Source: Candidatus Nanohaloarchaea archaeon (GTDB lineage: Archaea > Nanohalarchaeota > Nanosalinia > Nanosalinales > Nanosalinaceae). Taken from it: a stretch of 64,000 bases of DNA. Each line of letters opens with the position of its first letter. The first letter of the stretch is position 1. Below, piece after piece: positions 53,944 to 63,242 of the stretch. The stretch is from contig JBEQBC010000002.1 in assembly GCA_041640035.1 (NCBI GenBank), forward strand, positions 105,580-169,579, read 5' to 3'. The translations under genes and the position numbers were made by a program. Under the pieces are notes generated by a model. That model ran no database searches. It was given only the letters and a program-made list of their open reading frames with translations, and was not told the DNA's origin.

Positions 53944-54699
53944 TTATTGGAAGAGGTTTTCCTCTTCCAGTCTTTCAACTGCTTTCTGACTCCAAACTGT
54001 GAGTCGGCCCGGTGTTACGCCGGATGAAAGCAGTTGTGCGTTCAGATTTTCTACTGATACTGCGTCTACGCCCGGAATATTCTGGGCTGCTTTGATAGCA
54101 TCTGTTTGTTCGCCGAAGACTACTAGAGGTCCTGTTCTGTGGTTGTATTTTCTTCCTCTGTTGCTTCCCTGTCCTGCTCTGAAGCTTACATCTGCTGCTC
54201 GTTCAAGTTCTTCGCTCATTCCTAGTTCTTCAAGCTTCTCTTGGATTTCCTTAGTCTTTTCCAGGTCTTCTAGTCCTTCCTCTACGACTGGTACTTCGCC
54301 GTCGTATCGGTGGTTTTCCTGTACGAGGTCTTCTTTGGTTGTTGCTGTGATTGCAGATCTGATTGCCTTTCTTCTTTCCTTGTCGTTGATTTCTTCATCA
54401 AAGTCTTTCTCTGCTTTTGGAGGGTGAGCTGCTCGTCCGCCTCTTGTGGATGGGGATTCGGCTCCTTCTCCGTAGATCTGCATTCCTCGTGCGTGCATTA
54501 CTTTACGAGGGATTCTTGACTGTCCTCTTCCTTTTCGGCTTCTGTATGCGTTGTTTCGCTGTCTCCATCTTACTACATGTCGGAGACCTGCTTCTGGGTC
54601 TGCTCCGTATTTTTGCCGGTTCTTGGATTGAATTGAGAGGACTGCTCTCTTTACTATGTCCGGTCTTACTCGTTCCTCAAACTGGTTTGGTAGTTCCAT
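53944..54699 (-). CDS. rpl4: Ribosomal protein uL4
   Basis: VRPDIVKRAVLSIQSKNRQKYGADPEAGLRH...RGGRAAHPPKAEKD...GPLVVF. Confidence 0.95.
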   Translation of the reverse strand: MELPNQFEERVRPDIVKRAVLSIQSKNRQKYGADPEAGLRHVVRWRQRNNAYRSRKGRGQSRIPRKVMHARGMQIYGEGAESPSTRGGRAAHPPKAEKDFDEEINDKERRKAIRSAITATTKEDLVQENHRYDGEVPVVEEGLEDLEKTKEIQEKLEELGMSEELERAADVSFRAGQGSNRGRKYNHRTGPLVVFGEQTDAIKAAQNIPGVDAVSVENLNAQLLSSGVTPGRLTVWSQKAVERLEEENLFQ

Positions 54700-54716
54700 T
54701 TTGTGTTAAACCTCGT

Positions 54717-55685
54717 TTATTGTTCCACATAGGTGATTTCTGGTTCTCCTGGATTTTCGTCTTTTCTGAGAGGTGTTCTCAGTCTGATCAGTCGGTTTGT
54801 GGAACCTGGTACTGATCCTTTGATTAGTATGTACTCTGATTCAAGTTCTCCGTAGTTCTTGAATCCTCCGCTGACCTGTACTTCTTCAGGTTCTCCTGTT
54901 GAGAGGATTCTCTTGTTTAGTTCTGTACGGTTGTTGAATCCTTGCTGTCCTGGTAGTGGGATCTTCCAGCTTAGCTGGTCAGGGTGCCATGGTCCAACGT
55001 TCCCTGCTTTTCTCCGTTTCTTCTGTGTCTTGTGGCTTAGTTTCTTGATGCCGTATCTTTTGACTGGTCCTTCCATTCCTTTTCCTTTGGTTACTGCGAC
55101 TACATCGGAGTACATTCCTTCTTCGAATACATCTGAGAAGTTGATTTCTTTTCCGATCATGTCTTCTGCGTATTCGAACTTGTCTTCAACGCTTCCTCCG
55201 ATTGCTACTTCGAAGTTTTCTGCTTTCTTCTTGGAGATTGCTGCTTTCTGTGGCTGTGTGTGTACCAGTAGTCGGACATCTGTTATTTCGTCTTGTATTT
55301 CTTTTGCTGCTTCGAGGTTGTCCATGTTTCCTTCTTTTGGAGTGTCTACAGCTCTCTGTAGTTCTTTGGCTGGGCTTTCTGTCCATGCCTCTGTGAATAC
55401 TTGTTTTCCTGAGTTTGGATCTTCTGTGTAGAATCGTGCTCCGTATACTCTGAGCGGTGGTGCTTCGAGTACTGTTACCGGTACTGCTTTTTCTTGTCCT
55501 TGAGTTGCTCCATCTTGGTCATCTACCATTAGGACTCTGGTCATTCCTGCTTTGTATCCAGCGTATCCTAGTGGTTTCTGTTCGTCGGTTTCTTCCCAGG
55601 AGTTGATCTCCGGGTAGATTCTCTCAGCTCGTACCTTGGGCTTAAATCCAAGTGATCCGCTTCTAGGTCTGTTTTTCTTAGGCAT
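54717..55685 (-). CDS. rpl3: Ribosomal protein uL3
   Basis: PRSGSLGFKPKVRAE...GYAGYKAGMTRVLMVDD...VTKGKGMEGPVKRYGI...AGNVGPWHPD. Confidence 0.95.
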   Translation of the reverse strand: MPKKNRPRSGSLGFKPKVRAERIYPEINSWEETDEQKPLGYAGYKAGMTRVLMVDDQDGATQGQEKAVPVTVLEAPPLRVYGARFYTEDPNSGKQVFTEAWTESPAKELQRAVDTPKEGNMDNLEAAKEIQDEITDVRLLVHTQPQKAAISKKKAENFEVAIGGSVEDKFEYAEDMIGKEINFSDVFEEGMYSDVVAVTKGKGMEGPVKRYGIKKLSHKTQKKRRKAGNVGPWHPDQLSWKIPLPGQQGFNNRTELNKRILSTGEPEEVQVSGGFKNYGELESEYILIKGSVPGSTNRLIRLRTPLRKDENPGEPEITYVEQ

Positions 55686-55830
55686 GCTATTTGTTTACAC
55701 CTCTAAAGCATATGCAGATAGCCAATACACTTTGTGTGAAGTGATGATTGGTTGAACTGCTGTTCCATTGGCCTCAAAGAGGCTTGGACTCCCAGAGAAC
55801 AACCCGATTCATATCAGGCGTTCGGGAGTA
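55686..55830 (-). promoter_or_regulatory. Long structured 5' leader of the rpl3-to-rnp1 transcription unit
   Basis: About 140 nt lie between the TATA-proximal region and the rpl3 ATG. Hairpins: ACUCCC...GGGAGU, GCCUC-UUU-GAGGC and CCAAU..CACUU-CACACA-AAGUG..AUUGG. GAGGTG SD 13 nt before the ATG. Confidence 0.4.
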
Positions 55831-55842
55831 AGAAAACGATAG

Positions 55843-55867
55843 AAAGTAAATTTTATAAATAGGGTGT
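55843..55867 (-). promoter_or_regulatory. Candidate archaeal promoter (TATA box TTTATAAAA) for the rpl3 unit
   Basis: The minus strand reads CACCCTATTTATAAAATTTACTTTC. It shares the CACCC-TATA-TTTACTTTC architecture with 50123-50144. Confidence 0.45.
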
Positions 55868-55878
55868 CCCTTGTAGGT

Positions 55879-56238
55879 CTAGTCCTCAAGAAGTTCCTCC
55901 ACCGCTTCCCTGAACTTCGGTGAAAGAGCTTCAAGCACATTCTCACGGCGCTCACCGGAGAACTCTCTGACCTCTTCAGCAGCAGCTTCAACCTGATCCT
56001 CAAGCTCCTGATCCTGCCTGATCTCATCGCTATACATCTGGAAGATCACCTGTTCCAAGATCTCTTCTGCCCGTTCCCTTACTTCAGGTGAGAGGACATC
56101 CAGTTCCTCCAGTACTTCTTGACGGGTATTGTCATCTAATAGGTCCTCTATCTCCTCCTGAAGCTCCTCGTCGATAACTTCATCAGATGTGTTAGTGTGG
56201 AGGAACTTCTCGTCTATATCTTCCAGTGTCATAGCCAT
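55879..56238 (-). CDS. Small highly acidic helical protein with an internal repeat, unknown function
   Basis: 119 aa. LEELDVLSPEVRERAEEILEQ is repeated as LEALSPKFREAVEELLED. Confidence 0.45.
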   Translation of the reverse strand: MAMTLEDIDEKFLHTNTSDEVIDEELQEEIEDLLDDNTRQEVLEELDVLSPEVRERAEEILEQVIFQMYSDEIRQDQELEDQVEAAAEEVREFSGERRENVLEALSPKFREAVEELLED

Positions 56239-56262
56239 TATACATTATATGCTGAGATCTAT

Positions 56263-57669
56263 TTATCCTTTGATGTTGACAACTGGAAGGAGTCTGGCAG
56301 CTTTCCGTCCTATATCAAGCTCGTCAGAGACCCTGATAACTTCATCTATATCCTTGTACGCGTCGGGAGCCTCCTCAGCAACGGTCTCCCCGCTGCGTGC
56401 CTTGACAAAAATTCCCTTGTTCTCTAAATCTTTCTGAAGCCTGTCGGCGCTGTGATCTTCCTTCGCCTGGTTACGGGATTTTAGTCTTCCTGCTCCGTGT
56501 GCTGTGGAACCGAAGCTTCTTTCCAGCGAGCTTTCGCCACCTACAAGAATATAGCTTGATGTACCCATGCTTCCAGGCAGTAGAACAGGTTGCCCGATAT
56601 CCTTGTATACTTCAGGCACTTCTTTCCTGCTTTTCGGGAAGGCTCTGGTTGCTCCTTTTCTGTGAACCAGCAATTCTCTGTCTTCGCCGTCAACTTCATG
56701 AGTTTCTTCCTTAGCGATGTTGTGGCATACATCGTACAGTAGCTCGGTTTCGACATTGCCGAAAAGTTTGTCGAGTGCTTCTCTTACTGCTTCTGTTATT
56801 CCTTGCCGGTTTGCCCATGCGTAGTTTGCTGCTGCGTACATTGCATCACGGTAGTCCTGTCCAAGTTGTTCGTTGAGCGGTCCGTACATCAGGTTTTTCT
56901 CCGGTATCTTTTCTGCGATCTCAGGGTACTCTTTCTCGAACTCTCTGAGATATTCTGTACAGGTTTGATGGCCGAGTCCTCGGCTTCCGGAGTGGATCAT
57001 GACTACGATTTGATCTTCCTCCAGGTCGTAGACATCTTTGAATACTTCTCCTACGCGCTGTACTTCGAGGAAGTGGTTGCCGCTTCCGAGGCTGCCGACT
57101 TGGTCGACTCCTCTCTTGATTGCGTCTTCAGGTACTTTTTCCGGTTTGCCTGGCAGTCTTCCTTTTTCTTCGCATCTTTTCTTGTCTTCTTCTGTGGCGT
57201 AGCCGTTTTCTATCATCCAGTCGATGCCTTTCTTCATTATCTCCTTGAGATCGTCTTCATCTGTGTCGATGTAGCTGCCGCCGCCTAGTCCGCACGGCAC
57301 CTGTTTGTATAGTATGTTTACGAGTTGTTCCTCTTTGCCCTGTATGTCTTCGTAGGTGAGGTCTGTTTTGAGAAGTCTTACTCCGCAGTTGATATCGAAG
57401 CCTATTCCGCCGGGGCTGATGAATCCGTCTTCTGCGTCTACGGCTGCTACGCCTCCGATAGGGAATCCGTATCCTTGGTGTCCGTCAGGCATCAGTACTG
57501 CCTGTTTCTCTATTCCTGGCAGTGAGGCTACATTCTTGATCTGTTCCAGTGCACGGTCTTCTTTCATCTCGTCCAGTAGTTTTTCCGATGCGTATATCCG
57601 TGCTGGTTTCTTCATCTCGCCTTTCTGCGGTATCTCGTAGATGTTGTCTTCGACTTTGTTTATCTCCAT
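56263..57669 (-). CDS. rtcB: RNA-splicing ligase RtcB
   Basis: PDGHQGYGFPIGGVAA, GGIGFDINCGVRLL, SGSRGLGHQ, HNIA and STAHGAGR. These are the canonical RtcB metal/GMP-histidine motifs. Confidence 0.95.
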   Translation of the reverse strand: MEINKVEDNIYEIPQKGEMKKPARIYASEKLLDEMKEDRALEQIKNVASLPGIEKQAVLMPDGHQGYGFPIGGVAAVDAEDGFISPGGIGFDINCGVRLLKTDLTYEDIQGKEEQLVNILYKQVPCGLGGGSYIDTDEDDLKEIMKKGIDWMIENGYATEEDKKRCEEKGRLPGKPEKVPEDAIKRGVDQVGSLGSGNHFLEVQRVGEVFKDVYDLEEDQIVVMIHSGSRGLGHQTCTEYLREFEKEYPEIAEKIPEKNLMYGPLNEQLGQDYRDAMYAAANYAWANRQGITEAVREALDKLFGNVETELLYDVCHNIAKEETHEVDGEDRELLVHRKGATRAFPKSRKEVPEVYKDIGQPVLLPGSMGTSSYILVGGESSLERSFGSTAHGAGRLKSRNQAKEDHSADRLQKDLENKGIFVKARSGETVAEEAPDAYKDIDEVIRVSDELDIGRKAARLLPVVNIKG

Positions 57670-57696
57670 AAGAATAGATTCTCCGTTGAAAATTTT

Positions 57697-58110
57697 TTAG
57701 ATATCTAGGACTGCTTCCAGTTCCCAGCCTTCTCCTTTGATGTAGTCTACCTTCATCTCGTTGTAGGTCGGTGCCTTGATATCCATAGGCTGCTGGTTCA
57801 GATTGATTGTGTCGACCATGATATCGGCTTCGATTCTGTGACCTTCATCTAGTTCCTCGTAATCCAGGTTTTTGGCATGGCTGATGACGACATCTTCAAT
57901 ATCCTGAAGGTTGATCAGTCGGTCCATGAAGTCGAAAAGCAGCGCCTCTAAATTTTCTGATTCGACTTCGATGCTGTGGGTGTACATTCCTCCTCCGCCA
58001 TCCACTATTTCGGAGAATGCTTTAACTACTTCTTTGAATGCTTCGTCGAGTGTGTCTCCTTGTGCGCGGAATTTTTCGTCTGCGGAGTGTTCAAGTATTT
58101 CGTAGCTCAT
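57697..58110 (-). CDS. Archease (RtcB activator)
   Basis: MSYEILEHSADEKFRAQGDTLDEAFKEVVKAF ... IKAPTYNEMKV. Adjacent to rtcB. Confidence 0.85.
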   Translation of the reverse strand: MSYEILEHSADEKFRAQGDTLDEAFKEVVKAFSEIVDGGGGMYTHSIEVESENLEALLFDFMDRLINLQDIEDVVISHAKNLDYEELDEGHRIEADIMVDTINLNQQPMDIKAPTYNEMKVDYIKGEGWELEAVLDI

Positions 58111-58718
58111 AATTTCTCTGGAAACCTCTTCTTCAGTGCTTTCTTCACAAGTTGTTCTTGCTCCTCCAGGTCTAAATCAGTGTTGTCTATAATCAGGTCG
58201 TACATCTCTAAATCTTCAACATCTATACCGTAGTAATCGCTGTAACGCTGCCTGTTATCCTTGTCACGCTGCTCAATTTTGTCCTTCGCTTCTTCAAAAC
58301 TTGATTTATCATCTTCATCATCTCTTTCACCTGCATCACTGTCTTCTTTAACTCTTCGCGCTCTTTCATCGATTTCAGCTGTCAGGTAGATTCTTAGGTC
58401 TGAGTAGCTTCCCAGAACCCATGAGGAAATCCTTGACTCGATGACACATGATTCGTTTAATCCTTTCTCCAGTGTGCGTTCATCAACCGTAATGTCTGTC
58501 TTTTTGTCAGCCTGTGCGCTTAGCTCTTCGACCGTCAGTCCTTTTTCCTGTGCTAGCTGTCGGAAGAAGTCGCCTGCGGAGTAGTTTGGTATGTCCAGTT
58601 CTCTGGAGATGAACTCTGCTAGTGTTCCTTTTCCGGCTCCAGACGGCCCGTCTATCGTGATCAGTATATCTGAGTTCTTCTCTCTGTCTTTCTGGAACTC
58701 CGTTATGTAGCTCTCCAT
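58107..58718 (-). CDS. cmk: Cytidylate kinase, archaeal type, with an acidic C-terminal extension
   Basis: ITIDGPSGAGKGTLAEFISRELDIPNYSAGDFFRQLAQEKGLTVEELS (P-loop plus Cmk pattern). Overlaps the archease start by 4 nt. Confidence 0.8.
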   Translation of the reverse strand: MESYITEFQKDREKNSDILITIDGPSGAGKGTLAEFISRELDIPNYSAGDFFRQLAQEKGLTVEELSAQADKKTDITVDERTLEKGLNESCVIESRISSWVLGSYSDLRIYLTAEIDERARRVKEDSDAGERDDEDDKSSFEEAKDKIEQRDKDNRQRYSDYYGIDVEDLEMYDLIIDNTDLDLEEQEQLVKKALKKRFPEKL

Positions 58719-58812
58719 GTATCCAGATTAACAGAATTTATTTTATGGTTTGGTGATGGAAACCTGCGAAGTCTTTTTAACCGAAGAGTTCGTATCCACT
58801 TGAGGGATACCT

Positions 58813-59868
58813 TTGCAGAAAGGACTTTCCTACGACGATGTGTTGATCAAGCCACAGAAAACCAGTGTAACAAGTCTTTCAGATGTCGATACTTCTACAG
58901 AAATAGCCGGAAGAGAACTATCCTTACCGATAGTTTCCGCTGCCATGGATACTGTAACTGAAACAGAGATGGCTGAGGAACTTGCAAGACAGGGCGGACT
59001 CGGATGTATACATCGATTCCTGACACCAAGCGAACAGGCCGAACAGATAGCTGAAGTGAAGGAGGCGGAGGTCGAAAACGAGAGAGCTGCGACCGATGAA
59101 AACGGAGATCTGCTGGTCAGCGGCGCGGTAGGACTGGATGACCGGCAAAGAGCTGAAAAACTGATATCGGCCGGAGTGGACTTCATAGTACTTGATATCG
59201 CTCACGGTCACCACGAATCACTTCTGGAGGATATCCGTTTCTACAGCGAGGAAACCAGCGTACCTGTAATAGCCGGAAATGTAGGTACAGCAGAAGGAGC
59301 AAAGGATTTCGAGGAAGCCGGCGCCGACGCAGTCAAAGTCGGTATCGGACCAGGCTCAGCATGCACCACCCGCGAGATGACTGGCGCCGGCGTACCACAG
59401 TTCACAGCGGTGAAGAACTGTTCCGAAGCCGTAGATGTACCTGTAATAGCGGACGGAGGAATCAGAAAACCCGGTGACCTAGCGAAAGCAGTTGCAGCCG
59501 GTGCAGCAGCCGGACAGATCGGGGGCATGTTCGCAGGAACAGATGAAGCACCAGGCGAGTTGATGGAGATCGAAGGAGAGAAATACAAGATCTTCCGAGG
59601 TATGGCGTCCCGTGAAGCCGCAGAGGAACGAGTTGAAAGGGAGGAAAGGGATGAAAAGTACTCTGACCGCGTACCTGAAGGAGTAGAAACCAAGGTAGAG
59701 TACAAGGGAGAGCTGGAAAGAATTACTTCCAACCTGAGAGGCGGTCTTCGTTCAAGTATCAGCTACTGTGGAGCGGGCAACATACCGGAGGCCCAGGCTA
59801 ACTCGGAGTTCATCCAGATATCCGAGTCAACCCAGTCCAGAAACTCGCATCACGCAGAAAGCCTGTAA
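58813..59868 (+). CDS. IMP dehydrogenase / GMP reductase family enzyme lacking the CBS (Bateman) insert
   Basis: TTG start. [25 protein letters not shown] (catalytic Cys loop), [16 protein letters not shown]. 351 aa, too short to contain CBS domains. Confidence 0.8.
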   Translation: MQKGLSYDDVLIKPQKTSVTSLSDVDTSTEIAGRELSLPIVSAAMDTVTETEMAEELARQGGLGCIHRFLTPSEQAEQIAEVKEAEVENERAATDENGDLLVSGAVGLDDRQRAEKLISAGVDFIVLDIAHGHHESLLEDIRFYSEETSVPVIAGNVGTAEGAKDFEEAGADAVKVGIGPGSACTTREMTGAGVPQFTAVKNCSEAVDVPVIADGGIRKPGDLAKAVAAGAAAGQIGGMFAGTDEAPGELMEIEGEKYKIFRGMASREAAEERVEREERDEKYSDRVPEGVETKVEYKGELERITSNLRGGLRSSISYCGAGNIPEAQANSEFIQISESTQSRNSHHAESL

Positions 59869-59906
59869 ACACAGGTAAAAATTCTTAACTTTTCAATCAC
59901 AACGGA

Positions 59907-60146
59907 TTGACTGTGGAAACGGTAACTGACCGTGAGGAGGAAGCTCTCAGGCTTCTGGACTCTGGCGGAGACTACGGCGATATAATCGAAACCTATGACA
60001 ACGGAGCGGAGATAATCGAATCACTGGAGGAGAAGGACCTAGTCACCGAATCCGATAACGGCGTGAAAGCAGCTCTCTCCAGCAAAGCACATGTATACCT
60101 CAGCAGACAGGAGGAGAATTCTTGCATGACGCTTTCCCGGACCTGA
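59907..60146 (+). CDS. Small acidic protein, possible winged-helix domain
   Basis: 79 aa. TTG (or nearby GTG) start and no clear SD. IIESLEEKDLVTESDNGVKAALSSKAHVYL resembles a recognition-helix/wing segment. Confidence 0.35.
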   Translation: MTVETVTDREEEALRLLDSGGDYGDIIETYDNGAEIIESLEEKDLVTESDNGVKAALSSKAHVYLSRQEENSCMTLSRT

Positions 60147-61009
60147 ACGAGAACGAAGCGTTAACGCTTTACGGTACACTGGCCGGCGTATCCAGACAGG
60201 AACTGGCAGAATCACTGGATGTCAGCGGACCCACCGTCTCAAACTACAGAAACGAATTAGTAGATTCAGACTATCTGAGAAACCTGCGGCCTGGCAGAGG
60301 ACCTTCAGAATACATACCGGGAACAGAAGTCATCGGAATGTTCGAAGATTACAGTCCTGAACCTAAGTTTTTGGAAGGACTTGATGCCGCAGAACCGTTC
60401 TCAGAGGAAGAAGAGATTCGCTGGCTGATCGGAGAAGACCTGTACCACCTGACGCAAGAACAAAGTATAGAAGATTTCGAGGAAGAAATAGCTGAAGATC
60501 AGGAAGCCGAGAATCGTGATGAACTCGGTCTGGACCATGAGAGGTTTGAGAGCACGCAGGCAGCACTTCTTCTCGACCTAGTTGATGAAGGTGAAGGATT
60601 CGGGGTTATATCTGACCGTGTAGAGGATGCGCACGAACTTTCCGAGCACCTGGAAGAGATCGAGTTCGTGGAAGAGGACCGAGATAGTTTCTCAGGTCTA
60701 GAAGTGACAGAAAGAGGACAGGAATACCTTGAATCTGCGACCCTGGCCAAAAAAGACGGCAACAGCAGCAAGAGCAGTAGCAGCGGCAGTAGTGGAAGCA
60801 GTTCCTCGAGAACTAGGTCTTCACGGAACGGGAACCGTTCTGATACGGAGGCTGATAAAGATCTTCAGGACCTCGGTGACGAGCTATTGGATGGTCATGA
60901 GGAGACCTGGGAGCAGGAAGAAGATAGGAAGAGAGACTTTACGGATGATGAGGAAGCTGAAGAAGTTGATATTGAAGACGATAACGCTGGTTATGAAGGA
61001 TTTACTTGA
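60122..61009 (+). CDS. Winged-helix/HTH protein with a long acidic, Ser-rich C-terminal region
   Basis: TTG start with a GGAGGA SD 7 nt upstream. LTLYGTLAGVSRQELAESLDVSGPTVSNYRNELVDSDYL is HTH-like. SSKSSSSGSSGSSSSRTRSSRNGN tract. Confidence 0.55.
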   Translation: MHDAFPDLNENEALTLYGTLAGVSRQELAESLDVSGPTVSNYRNELVDSDYLRNLRPGRGPSEYIPGTEVIGMFEDYSPEPKFLEGLDAAEPFSEEEEIRWLIGEDLYHLTQEQSIEDFEEEIAEDQEAENRDELGLDHERFESTQAALLLDLVDEGEGFGVISDRVEDAHELSEHLEEIEFVEEDRDSFSGLEVTERGQEYLESATLAKKDGNSSKSSSSGSSGSSSSRTRSSRNGNRSDTEADKDLQDLGDELLDGHEETWEQEEDRKRDFTDDEEAEEVDIEDDNAGYEGFT

Positions 61010-61029
61010 GAAAGAAATACAGTCTAAAG

Positions 61030-61104
61030 CGCGGAGCCCGGGATTTGAACCCGGGTCTTCACCGTGACAGGGTGAAATGATGGGCCAGACTACACCAGCT
61101 CCGC
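61030..61104 (-). tRNA. tRNA-Asp (anticodon GUC)
   Basis: Hand-folded. Acceptor GCGGAGC/GCTCCGC, anticodon arm TCACC-CTGTCAC-GGTGA, T arm CCGGG-TTCAAAT-CCCGG, discriminator G. 75 nt, no intron. Confidence 0.9.
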
Positions 61105-61174
61105 ACCGGTTTATCTGCTGACTGTACCAATTCATTAACCTGAAATTCTTTTAAACACTTAGCCTATCCTTCCT

Positions 61175-61681
61175 TCAGTCGAAGAAGGTAGCATATCTGA
61201 ACTCAAGGTTCTGCTCCACATTGATGTTTTCGGGTCTATCATAGTTTTCTCTATTCTCGAGGAAACCTGCCGTTCCGTTGTCCTCGTATACTGTCAGGTC
61301 TGTGAAGTAGTTTAGTTGTAGGTCGCCGTTTGCGTATGCTGAGAGCGCCATGTCCGTGTTTCCGCAGCAGTTGTTGAACTGTGTTCCTGCCCGTGAAATC
61401 GGTTGGTAATCAAGTAGTTCTTCTGCGTCTTCCGGTTCTATGAAGCCGTTCCAGGTATCTTCTATATGTATGTCGTAGATTTCTTCTCCGCCGTAAGGTT
61501 CTACTGCTTCTTTCGATTCTGCCAGGTTGTCGGGATTGGCTTCTATATGTGCTACATCGCCGGGGAACTGTTTGACTGCTTCGGGTATTCTTTCGGAGAG
61601 CATCCCGTTGTCAAAGCTCTCATCACTTCTGGCGTGAGTCACAAGTAGTAACGGCTTCACTTTTGTTGTATTGGAAGACAA
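61175..61681 (-). CDS. Hypothetical acidic protein
   Basis: 168 aa with a TTG start. No motif I can assign. GTQFNNCCGNTDMALSAYANGDL is faintly isochorismatase-like, but I would not rely on it. Confidence 0.4.
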   Translation of the reverse strand: MSSNTTKVKPLLLVTHARSDESFDNGMLSERIPEAVKQFPGDVAHIEANPDNLAESKEAVEPYGGEEIYDIHIEDTWNGFIEPEDAEELLDYQPISRAGTQFNNCCGNTDMALSAYANGDLQLNYFTDLTVYEDNGTAGFLENRENYDRPENINVEQNLEFRYATFFD

Positions 61682-61729
61682 CTATTTTATACAGTTTTGT
61701 TTAAAACAGTCGCTCAGACATCAGAAAGT

Positions 61730-62914
61730 ATGAACAACTCAAAATACCTGATCATCGGCGACGGAGTAGCAGGAAACTCAGCAGCCGAAACCATCAAAAG
61801 AAACGATGAAGACACATCGATAACAGTACTAACCGCCGACTCAGAACCATTGTACAACCGGATCACCCTGAAGAGCTACATGAAAGGCAAGATGCCCAAA
61901 AAATTCACCAGGGTACATCAAAGAGACTGGTACCAAGAAAAAGATATCGACCTAGAACTGGAGACCACAGTAATCGATGTAGACAAAGAAGAGAAGCAAG
62001 TAAAATGTGCGGATGGCTCAAAGTACAGTTACGAGAAACTTCTGCTAGCCACAGGCGGGAAAAAGAAGCATCTTCCGGAGGACGAAGGCTTCGACAACCT
62101 GCATTATATGTGGGACTGGCAGGACGCAGATACAATCAAGGAGTCAGCTGAAGAAGCAGATAAAGCCGTAGTTATAGGAGCAGGACTTCTAGGAATAGAC
62201 CTGGCAGTCATCTACGCCGAACACGGAGTTGAAGTCGACTACCTGATGCGTGGAAGCCACTGGTGGCGCAGAGGTATAAGCCAGGAAGGAGCAGAAATAG
62301 TGCACCAGAAACTGGAGGAGAAAGGCGTCAACATAGTAAAGAACTGTCCTGTCGACGAAATAATACATGAAAACGGAGAAGCCAGAAAGGTGATTGGAGA
62401 GAACGGTGAAGCGTACATTTGTGATGCAGTAGGAGTGGCTATAGGCCGTGATCCGAACTTCGGTTATGTGGATGTAGAGAAAACAGATACCGGAGCTGTG
62501 AAAACAGATAGGTTCCTTGAGACCTCTGAAGAGGATATCTACGCGGCTGGAGACCTAGTGAATTATTACTCTCCTCTGTTCGAGCATCGTAGAGAGGGAG
62601 GTACCTGGGATCACAGCGCCCGGATGGGCAGAAGAGCCGGAGAGAACATTGCAGGAGAGAAAGAGGAGTTCTACTTTGTTCCGAGTTACGGTGTAGGTCA
62701 TTTCGATGTACAGCTTCTCAGCCTGGGAGAGAACCATGGAGAAAAGATCTGGAGAAGAGACGGCGACCAGTACCTGGAAATTGCTTTTGAAGACGACAGA
62801 GTTATCGGAGCGGTACTGATCGGTGATATGTCACCAAGCGACGGTATAGAGGAAGCTATCGAAGATAAGAAGTCATTTGAGGATAAGGAAGCGGCTATCG
62901 AGAGTTTCTGGTAG
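61730..62914 (+). CDS. FAD/NAD(P)-dependent pyridine-nucleotide-disulfide-family oxidoreductase
   Basis: I prefer the ATG at 61730. KYLIIGDGVAGNSAAE (FAD GxGxxG), LLLATGG, AVVIGAGLLGIDLA (NAD GxGxxG), IYAAGD. Confidence 0.8.
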   Translation: MNNSKYLIIGDGVAGNSAAETIKRNDEDTSITVLTADSEPLYNRITLKSYMKGKMPKKFTRVHQRDWYQEKDIDLELETTVIDVDKEEKQVKCADGSKYSYEKLLLATGGKKKHLPEDEGFDNLHYMWDWQDADTIKESAEEADKAVVIGAGLLGIDLAVIYAEHGVEVDYLMRGSHWWRRGISQEGAEIVHQKLEEKGVNIVKNCPVDEIIHENGEARKVIGENGEAYICDAVGVAIGRDPNFGYVDVEKTDTGAVKTDRFLETSEEDIYAAGDLVNYYSPLFEHRREGGTWDHSARMGRRAGENIAGEKEEFYFVPSYGVGHFDVQLLSLGENHGEKIWRRDGDQYLEIAFEDDRVIGAVLIGDMSPSDGIEEAIEDKKSFEDKEAAIESFW

Positions 62915-63188
62915 AAGACGGCGAGCTGTATCTTTCTTTGAGATAACTGAATACCTGTTCCTCACCTTCCTCTAGATCAAGGAAGTCCTTCATCGTTGTG
63001 TCTATTCCTTTGAACTGGATGCTGTCCGGCGTGACTATCGCGTTGTAGCTCCGTGTCTGTACCAGCATGTTTCCCTCTTCCGTGAAACCCTGTTCGACTC
63101 TACGAACTGAAGATGTGTTTTCGTACTGTTCAAGGTCTTCGAACATCTGATTTAGATCTCTTCTGCTTTCTGCGTACAGAGACTCCAT
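62895..63188 (-). CDS. Hypothetical small protein
   Basis: 97-aa ORF in an otherwise empty interval. Its 3' end overlaps the convergent oxidoreductase gene by 20 nt. No recognisable motif. Confidence 0.35.
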   Translation of the reverse strand: MESLYAESRRDLNQMFEDLEQYENTSSVRRVEQGFTEEGNMLVQTRSYNAIVTPDSIQFKGIDTTMKDFLDLEEGEEQVFSYLKERYSSPSSTRNSR

Positions 63189-63242
63189 CTTACCGTGTAA
63201 TTGGTGAGAAAAAGTTATGGATGTAACGATGAGAAAGAAGAA

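Noticed and set aside
60059-60146. Programmed or accidental frameshift joining ORFs 59907..60146 and 60122..61009
   Set aside because: The downstream ORF has its own GGAGGA SD at the ideal distance from a TTG start, so coupled re-initiation explains the overlap. A frameshift cannot be excluded without orthologues, and this is noted in the findings.
60884-61135. 83-aa minus-strand ORF
   Set aside because: It runs straight through tRNA-Asp (61030..61104), so it is not a gene.
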